DNA of 64,000 bases from an uncultured Verrucomicrobiae bacterium (GTDB lineage: Bacteria > Verrucomicrobiota > Verrucomicrobiia > Limisphaerales > Palsa-1400): assembly GCA_963764165.1 (NCBI GenBank), contig CAVXRD010000002.1:3264001-3328000 (forward strand), written 5' to 3'. Shown here in pieces: positions 58,966 through 64,000 of the stretch. The notes beneath the pieces were generated by a model. That model was not told the origin of the DNA. It was given only the letters and a program-made list of their open reading frames with translations, and made no database searches. Both the position numbers and the translations under genes were made by a program. The stretch's first letter is position 1; each line of letters opens with the position of its first letter.

Positions 58966-59502
58966 GTGATAGGTTTCCTGAGATTCGTGGGGATTTTGAA
59001 TGCCGCCATTTGGTGCGGCTCCTCCATCTTCCTGATGATCGAGTTGCCGGCTGTTTTTTCTCCTGAGCTCAAGAGGATGCTGCAGCCGGCAGGGGTGGGA
59101 TTCGCGGCGGAAGCGATCGTGGCGCGATACTTCTGGGTGCAATATGTGTGCGGTTCCATCGCCCTCCTCCATTTGCTCGCGGAATGGGTTTATTGCGGCA
59201 AGCCCGTCCGACGCTTCAGTGTCATGCTCGCTGCCAGCATGCTTGCGATTGCCATGGCGGGCGGCCTTTGGCTGCAGCCAAAAATGCGCGTCTGGCACAA
59301 GGCAAAATACTTTGGCGCCACAACCGATGTGCAAGAGCATGCCAGCCAATCTTTTGCCCGGTGGCATGCGGTTTCCGAGAGCGTAAACCTTCTCGTTGTG
59401 GCCGGTCTTGTGATATATTTATGGCGGGTCAGCATGGCTGGGGAAACTCCAAGATTCGGTGGTTTTCCCACTAATCCGGGGTTGACAAAAGAGCGTTTGT
59501 GA
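58966..59502 (+). CDS. DUF4149-like 4-TM membrane protein
   Basis: AIW.G...F....PAVF, L.PKM, FARWHAVS...NL. Confidence 0.75.
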   Translation: MIGFLRFVGILNAAIWCGSSIFLMIELPAVFSPELKRMLQPAGVGFAAEAIVARYFWVQYVCGSIALLHLLAEWVYCGKPVRRFSVMLAASMLAIAMAGGLWLQPKMRVWHKAKYFGATTDVQEHASQSFARWHAVSESVNLLVVAGLVIYLWRVSMAGETPRFGGFPTNPGLTKERL

Positions 59503-59573
59503 CAAACTTTAAGAGGTGAAAGCTAACGGCGTCGCAAACAATAAGGGGCGCAGTGTTAAAGTGAAAGAGTATT

Positions 59574-59867
59574 ATGATTTCAAATGAACGTCCGTCGCAT
59601 TCGGGCGGATACCGGTCTTACAGCGCTGGTCCTCCCAAACCACCAGTCAACGAAGATACACTAAGGACAGAAAAAATTCAGATCGAACGAAAGACCTTTA
59701 TTTTTACGCTGAAGGAAAATCCGCGCGGTCGTTTTCTCCGCATCACGGAAGACGTCAATGGCCGCCGCGATAACGTCATCATCCCCTCCACGGGTTTGGA
59801 AGAGTTCCGCAAAGTTCTTGAAGAAATGGCGAAGACGTCCGCCGAAATGCCTCCCAAAAATCAGTAA
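59574..59867 (+). CDS. PUR-family (PurA/DUF3276-like) ssDNA/RNA-binding protein
   Basis: ERKTF.F.LKENPRGRFLRITE....RR..VIIP..GL.EF. Confidence 0.85.
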   Translation: MISNERPSHSGGYRSYSAGPPKPPVNEDTLRTEKIQIERKTFIFTLKENPRGRFLRITEDVNGRRDNVIIPSTGLEEFRKVLEEMAKTSAEMPPKNQ

Positions 59868-59902
59868 CGCGGCTCCAGCCGGAAAATGGCTGGCTCGCGG
59901 AG

Positions 59903-60286
59903 TCATTTGGCTTCGGCTTCAGGCTTGGCTTTTTTGCGCCGAGCCTTCGCGGCGCCCACTCGCGGCGCATCTCCCCACAAGCTCTCCAGGTCATATTTCT
60001 GGCGCGCATCGGTGCGCATAATGTGGACGATGACGTCGAAAAAGTCCAACACCTGCCAAGAGGTGGCGTCGCCCTCGACAATGCGCGGGCGCAAATGCTC
60101 CTCATCCCGCAAGCGGTCTGTGAGTTCATTTGCGATGGAGCGCAAATGCGGCTCGTTGTTCCCGGACACGATCACAAAATAGTCGGTCACGGATGACACC
60201 TTTCGCACGTCTAGGACAACGGTGTTCTCGGCTTTTTTGTTTTCGGCCAGTTTCTTGCAAAGGAGGGCCAGTTTTTTGGAATCCAT
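59903..60286 (-). CDS. rsfS: Ribosome silencing factor
   Basis: KKAEN.VVLDV, TDYFVIVSG, W.VLDF.DVIVHI, YDLE.LW.DA. Confidence 0.95.
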   Translation of the reverse strand: MDSKKLALLCKKLAENKKAENTVVLDVRKVSSVTDYFVIVSGNNEPHLRSIANELTDRLRDEEHLRPRIVEGDATSWQVLDFFDVIVHIMRTDARQKYDLESLWGDAPRVGAAKARRKKAKPEAEAK

Positions 60287-60315
60287 TTTTGTAAGGGAAG
60301 CTTAATCCAAACGCT

Positions 60316-60888
60316 TCAAAGATAAAGGCCATTGTTAGCCAGCGCTTCCGCCACCGCCGGAGGGGTCAGGTGCGTCACGGGCAATCCAGCTTTCAGCCGG
60401 GCGCGAATCTCCGAGGACGAAATCCCCATCGGCACGCCGCGCAAAACCTGTCCTCGGAATGGAGCGGCCAGTTCCGGCGTAGTCTGCCCCGGTCGCGGCA
60501 CAACCAGAAAATGAACGAGCGACGCCAGTTCATTGGCCTCGCGCCAAAGATGCAACTGGCTCGGTTGATCGGCGCCTATCAAGTAGAATAATTCCGCGCC
60601 CGGAAACCGCTTCTGGTAAGCGCGGACGGTATCGATGCTGTAAGAGGGCCCTTCGCGGTGCGTTTCCAGGTCGTCAACGAAACATTTTGTTTCACCCGCC
60701 AGCGCGAGCCGCAGCAAGCGCAGCCGCTCTGCCGCCAGCGCGGGCTTTATTCCCGGCTTGAACGGAGACTGGCCCGCTGGAATGAAAAACAGCGCGTCCA
60801 AACCAACCTCCTCCCGCGCTGCTCGCGCCACGAGCAGATGCCCCAGATGCACTGGATCAAACGAACCGCCAAAAAGTCCAATCTTCAT
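60316..60888 (-). CDS. nadD: Nicotinate-nucleotide adenylyltransferase
   Basis: GLFGGSFDPVHLGH, SYSIDT, IGAD, ISSSEIR; adjacent to rsfS. Confidence 0.96.
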   Translation of the reverse strand: MKIGLFGGSFDPVHLGHLLVARAAREEVGLDALFFIPAGQSPFKPGIKPALAAERLRLLRLALAGETKCFVDDLETHREGPSYSIDTVRAYQKRFPGAELFYLIGADQPSQLHLWREANELASLVHFLVVPRPGQTTPELAAPFRGQVLRGVPMGISSSEIRARLKAGLPVTHLTPPAVAEALANNGLYL

Positions 60889-60904
60889 TTCGCTCGCGAT
60901 ACTT

Positions 60905-63130
60905 TCAACAGCAGCGGTTGACGCCGTCAAACCGCTTTTTTGCAACTTCCAAATATGCCTCGACTCGCGCGTCCTTCGCTTGTTGGCAATCACAGGACGA
61001 TTTTGCGGTGGCGCGATCAATGGCCGCATGCCCGGACCATTCCCGCAGCATGAGGAATCCAAAAAGCAACACCCCGGCAAAACCGCGCGGACGGGATTCT
61101 GCAACTTCGTAATCGGCCAGCCACGACGGCTCTGTTTCGCTCAATTTGGCGGCACGCTTTTGTGACAATAACAAAATCCACTCTCGAACACTGAAAACGA
61201 CAATCGCCAGGATCATGACGAGAAACAAAACCGTCACCGCAGCGTCAAGTAGAGAATTGAAGCGGATGCGCGGATTGGTGGTTGTGGCCGCCGCCGCCAG
61301 AAAGCCGATCTTCGGATCACTGTGCCAGATCTTTTCAACTGATGCCGCAACGGTGACCGTCAACAGCCAAAGCAACGGCCCCAGCGTGATCCACGCAAAA
61401 CCGAGGCGCCCGCGTTTCGGCTCGCGCAGTTGCATTTTCAAAATCACCGTGGTCGCGAGGCAAAGGGCAATGGCGGCGAGCAGTTGGTTGGCGATTCCGA
61501 AGAGCGGCCAAAGCGAATTAATCCCGCCCAGCGGATCGCGGACGCCTTGAATCAGAAACCAGCCCCAGCCCGACACAATGAGAAAGCTCGCCAGCCAGGC
61601 GGGACCGGTCTTTTTGGTTTCGCCGAGCGGCTTCCAAATTTGGCCGAGCAAATCCTGCAGCAAGTAACGGCCCACTCGAGTTCCCGCATCAATAGTAGTC
61701 AAGATGAATAACGCCTCGAACATGATGGCGAAGTGGTACCAAAGGTCCAAGCCGACTCCTCGGAAAACTTTGCCAAAGACCGTCGCCATTCCCACCGCCA
61801 GCGTCGGTGCGCCTCCCACCCGGCCAAACAGCGTTGTTTCGCCCATCGATGCCGCGAGCTGGTGCATTTGGCCCGCGTCCACGCTGTAACCGAGCGCGGA
61901 AACTTTGGCGATGGTATCGGCTTCGGGGCCTTTGATATTGAGGCTGAAATAAACTCCCGGGTCGAGCGAGCAGGCGGCAATCAACGCCATCATCGCCACC
62001 AGCGACTCCAGGCACATCGCGCCATAACCCACCGCCCGAGCATGCCCTTCGCGCGTCAGAATTTTTGGAGTGGTCCCGCTGGCAATCAGCGAATGAAATC
62101 CCGAGATCGCCCCGCAGGCGATGGTGATGAAACAAAACGGGAACAGCTTGCCTGCAAACACCGGCCCCTGCCCGGTCGAACCGAACGGAGTCAAACGCGG
62201 CATTTGCAAGCTCGGCAGCAGCACGACGATGCCGAGCGCCAGCAGGCAGATCGTCCCGATCTTCATGAAGGTGCTCAAATAATCGCGCGGCGCGAGCAGC
62301 AGCCAGATCGGCAAAATGCTGGCCGCAAATCCATAAACAATCATTCCCCACGCCAGTGGTTCGGCATGAATCGTCAGCGGGCCGGACCAGGCCGCATTCT
62401 TGTAAACAAGCTGCCCGCCCCACACGGCCAGCAGCAGCAGAACCACGCCAATCACCGTCGCTTCAAAAACCTTCCCCACTCGCCACGAACGCAAATAGCC
62501 GCCCATGAACAGCGCAATCGGAATCGTCGCGCCTACTGTAAAGACGCCCCACGGACTTTCCGCTAGCGTGTTGACCACGACCAGCGAAAGCACCGCCAGC
62601 AAGATGACGAGAATCGCAAGAATGGCGATCAGCGCGATAAATCCCGTCGCGGAATTCAATTCGTCTTTGACCATTTGCCCGAGCGAGCGACCGTCACGCC
62701 GCAATGAACAAAATAAAATGACGAAATCCTGCACCGCGCCGCCGAGGACGACGCCGATAAGGATCCAAAGGACGCTTGGCAGATAGCCAAATTGCGCGGC
62801 CAGCACCGGCCCCACCAACGGCCCCGGCCCGGAGATGGCCGCAAAATGATGGCCAAAGACAATCCACTTGTTCGTCTTGACGAAATCTCTTCCGTCATCA
62901 TGCACCATGCAAGGAGTCGCGCGCCGGTCGTCCAGCGCCAGCACGCGGGCCGCGATCCATTTCGAATAAAAGCGATAGCCAATGGCGTAAGTGCAAAGGG
63001 CGGCGGTGAGAATATAACCGGAGCTGATGCGTTCCTGATGAGGCAGAGCCAGTACAAGGAACGCCCATGCCCCGAGCAACGCCACCAGCGGCCACAAAAT
63101 CCAAACAACGACTTTCTTCACCGGTTGCAT
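60905..63130 (-). CDS. cstA: Carbon starvation protein A family transporter
   Basis: FGHHFAAISGPGPLVGP, PRDYLSTFMK, CGAISGFH, LTTIDAGTR, WPLFG.ANQLL. Confidence 0.95.
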   Translation of the reverse strand: MQPVKKVVVWILWPLVALLGAWAFLVLALPHQERISSGYILTAALCTYAIGYRFYSKWIAARVLALDDRRATPCMVHDDGRDFVKTNKWIVFGHHFAAISGPGPLVGPVLAAQFGYLPSVLWILIGVVLGGAVQDFVILFCSLRRDGRSLGQMVKDELNSATGFIALIAILAILVILLAVLSLVVVNTLAESPWGVFTVGATIPIALFMGGYLRSWRVGKVFEATVIGVVLLLLAVWGGQLVYKNAAWSGPLTIHAEPLAWGMIVYGFAASILPIWLLLAPRDYLSTFMKIGTICLLALGIVVLLPSLQMPRLTPFGSTGQGPVFAGKLFPFCFITIACGAISGFHSLIASGTTPKILTREGHARAVGYGAMCLESLVAMMALIAACSLDPGVYFSLNIKGPEADTIAKVSALGYSVDAGQMHQLAASMGETTLFGRVGGAPTLAVGMATVFGKVFRGVGLDLWYHFAIMFEALFILTTIDAGTRVGRYLLQDLLGQIWKPLGETKKTGPAWLASFLIVSGWGWFLIQGVRDPLGGINSLWPLFGIANQLLAAIALCLATTVILKMQLREPKRGRLGFAWITLGPLLWLLTVTVAASVEKIWHSDPKIGFLAAAATTTNPRIRFNSLLDAAVTVLFLVMILAIVVFSVREWILLLSQKRAAKLSETEPSWLADYEVAESRPRGFAGVLLFGFLMLREWSGHAAIDRATAKSSCDCQQAKDARVEAYLEVAKKRFDGVNRCC

Positions 63131-63409
63131 GATAGGAGGCGCCGCTGCGGATTCAACGCCGGATTGCCGAAAACCTGTTTTGGAGGGTGCAAACTGGGCG
63201 CAAAAAAACGTAGGTGAAATAGGGTGCAATAGAGTGCAACGACCCTGAGGCAAAATCGGCCCCGCCAGCCCCGGTTGGACCTCCGTCCTTGGTCCTAGTC
63301 TCTCAGTCTGGTCATAAACAGCCATGGGCGCACTTTGGCACGGATGTCGCCGCATTGAAAACCTACCAGAGTGTTTTCGGCACGATTTTTCGGAAAGAAA
63401 TGCTGATGA

Positions 63410-63786
63410 TTGAATCTGGAACGACCGAACGCAGGAAAAAAGACCGAAGTCGGTTTCAAACGCATCGTCAATTCGTATCCGGTGCTGACCCGTCATGCTG
63501 GCCTCTTTTCCTGATTTCCAGACTTCCAGATCATATAGTCTCAAAAATGCCGCAACACCCTGCATCATTGAATATCTACGAGATAAAGTGCCAATAATGG
63601 TCGTGATGAGAATAGTGTCGATGGCGAGTCGATGCGGGACACCACAAAACAGGGCGCCTCTTTTCCTGATTTCGTGAGTTCCAGATGATATAATCTCAGA
63701 AAACCCGCTACACCCGCTACATTGTTGATTATCAACAAGATAAACCGCTACACTGGGCGCTACAGAGCCGCTACACGCCCGCTACA
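63410..63786. repeat. Composite repeat region: two ~90-bp imperfect direct repeats (63501, 63656), a partial inverted copy (~63411-63441), six CGCTACA units and a 17-bp palindrome
   Basis: GCCTCTTTTCCTGATTTC...TTCCAGAT x2; CGCTACA at 63706, 63715, 63746, 63758, 63769, 63780; TTGTTGAT-T-ATCAACAA at 63722-63738. Confidence 0.75.
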
Positions 63787-64000
63787 TTTCGGGCGAAGGG
63801 ATCCAGCTTCAACAAATTGTATGCCGGGTCCCCCGACCCGGCGTCCAGAGCGATCGCAGAGCCAGGAAAAGATGGAGTGACGTTCCGAACTCATGCACCA
63901 CTTTGAAACGCAATTGCACAAACGCGAAGGCAAAGCCGTCTCCAGCTTTCAACGCACACCGCAGCCACCGAGTTCGATTTCGCTGAACAAACGCTCAATG

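Noticed and set aside
63700..63790. CRISPR array
   Set aside because: Units are 7 bp with mostly 2-5-bp gaps, there are no spacers of CRISPR size, and there are no cas genes in the window.

Overview
This is a GC-rich bacterial chromosome segment, most likely Verrucomicrobia (subdivision 3 / Pedosphaera-like). That placement is inferred from the Gloeo_Verruco repeat protein, a planctomycete-type cytochrome c and repeated C-terminal 'LQ.S..L..W...Y/F-YR' tails. Bases 1-14080 are a tandem island array at tRNA-Cys. It holds an apparently complete ~11.7-kb element (2267-14026) bounded by a 23-bp tRNA 3'-end duplication, followed outward by the broken end of a second, related element. The complete element encodes an atypical tyrosine integrase, an ImmR/ImmA/Cro-like switch, an SSB-like protein, a minimal HUH rolling-circle Rep, KfrA-like and Xis-like proteins and ssDNA hairpins. 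Its cargo is a HEPN RNase, an McrA-like HNH nuclease, a class III cyclase and a secreted repeat protein; it has no capsid or conjugation genes. Bases 14-26 kb are mostly core or metabolic genes (GNAT-aminotransferase fusion, LLM monooxygenase, typA, GT4, two ice-binding proteins). Bases 26.3-31 kb are a decayed accessory patch: PIN fragment, MazEF-type TA pair, and a ParA remnant hit by a 2.8-kb passenger-carrying IS1595 element. Bases 31-57 kb hold ilvD, a full cbb3 oxidase cluster, tRNA-His, a Ski2-like helicase and large secreted proteins. The most striking unexplained feature is a ~870-nt, densely structured minus-strand unit with no credible ORF at ~57650-58523. It has its own promoter, a boxA-like leader and a terminator, with a DnaA-box-like cluster upstream, and is a candidate giant (GOLLD-like) ncRNA. 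The window ends with a PUR-family RNA-binding protein, rsfS, nadD, cstA and a repeat cluster. All calls are by eye; no database searches were run.
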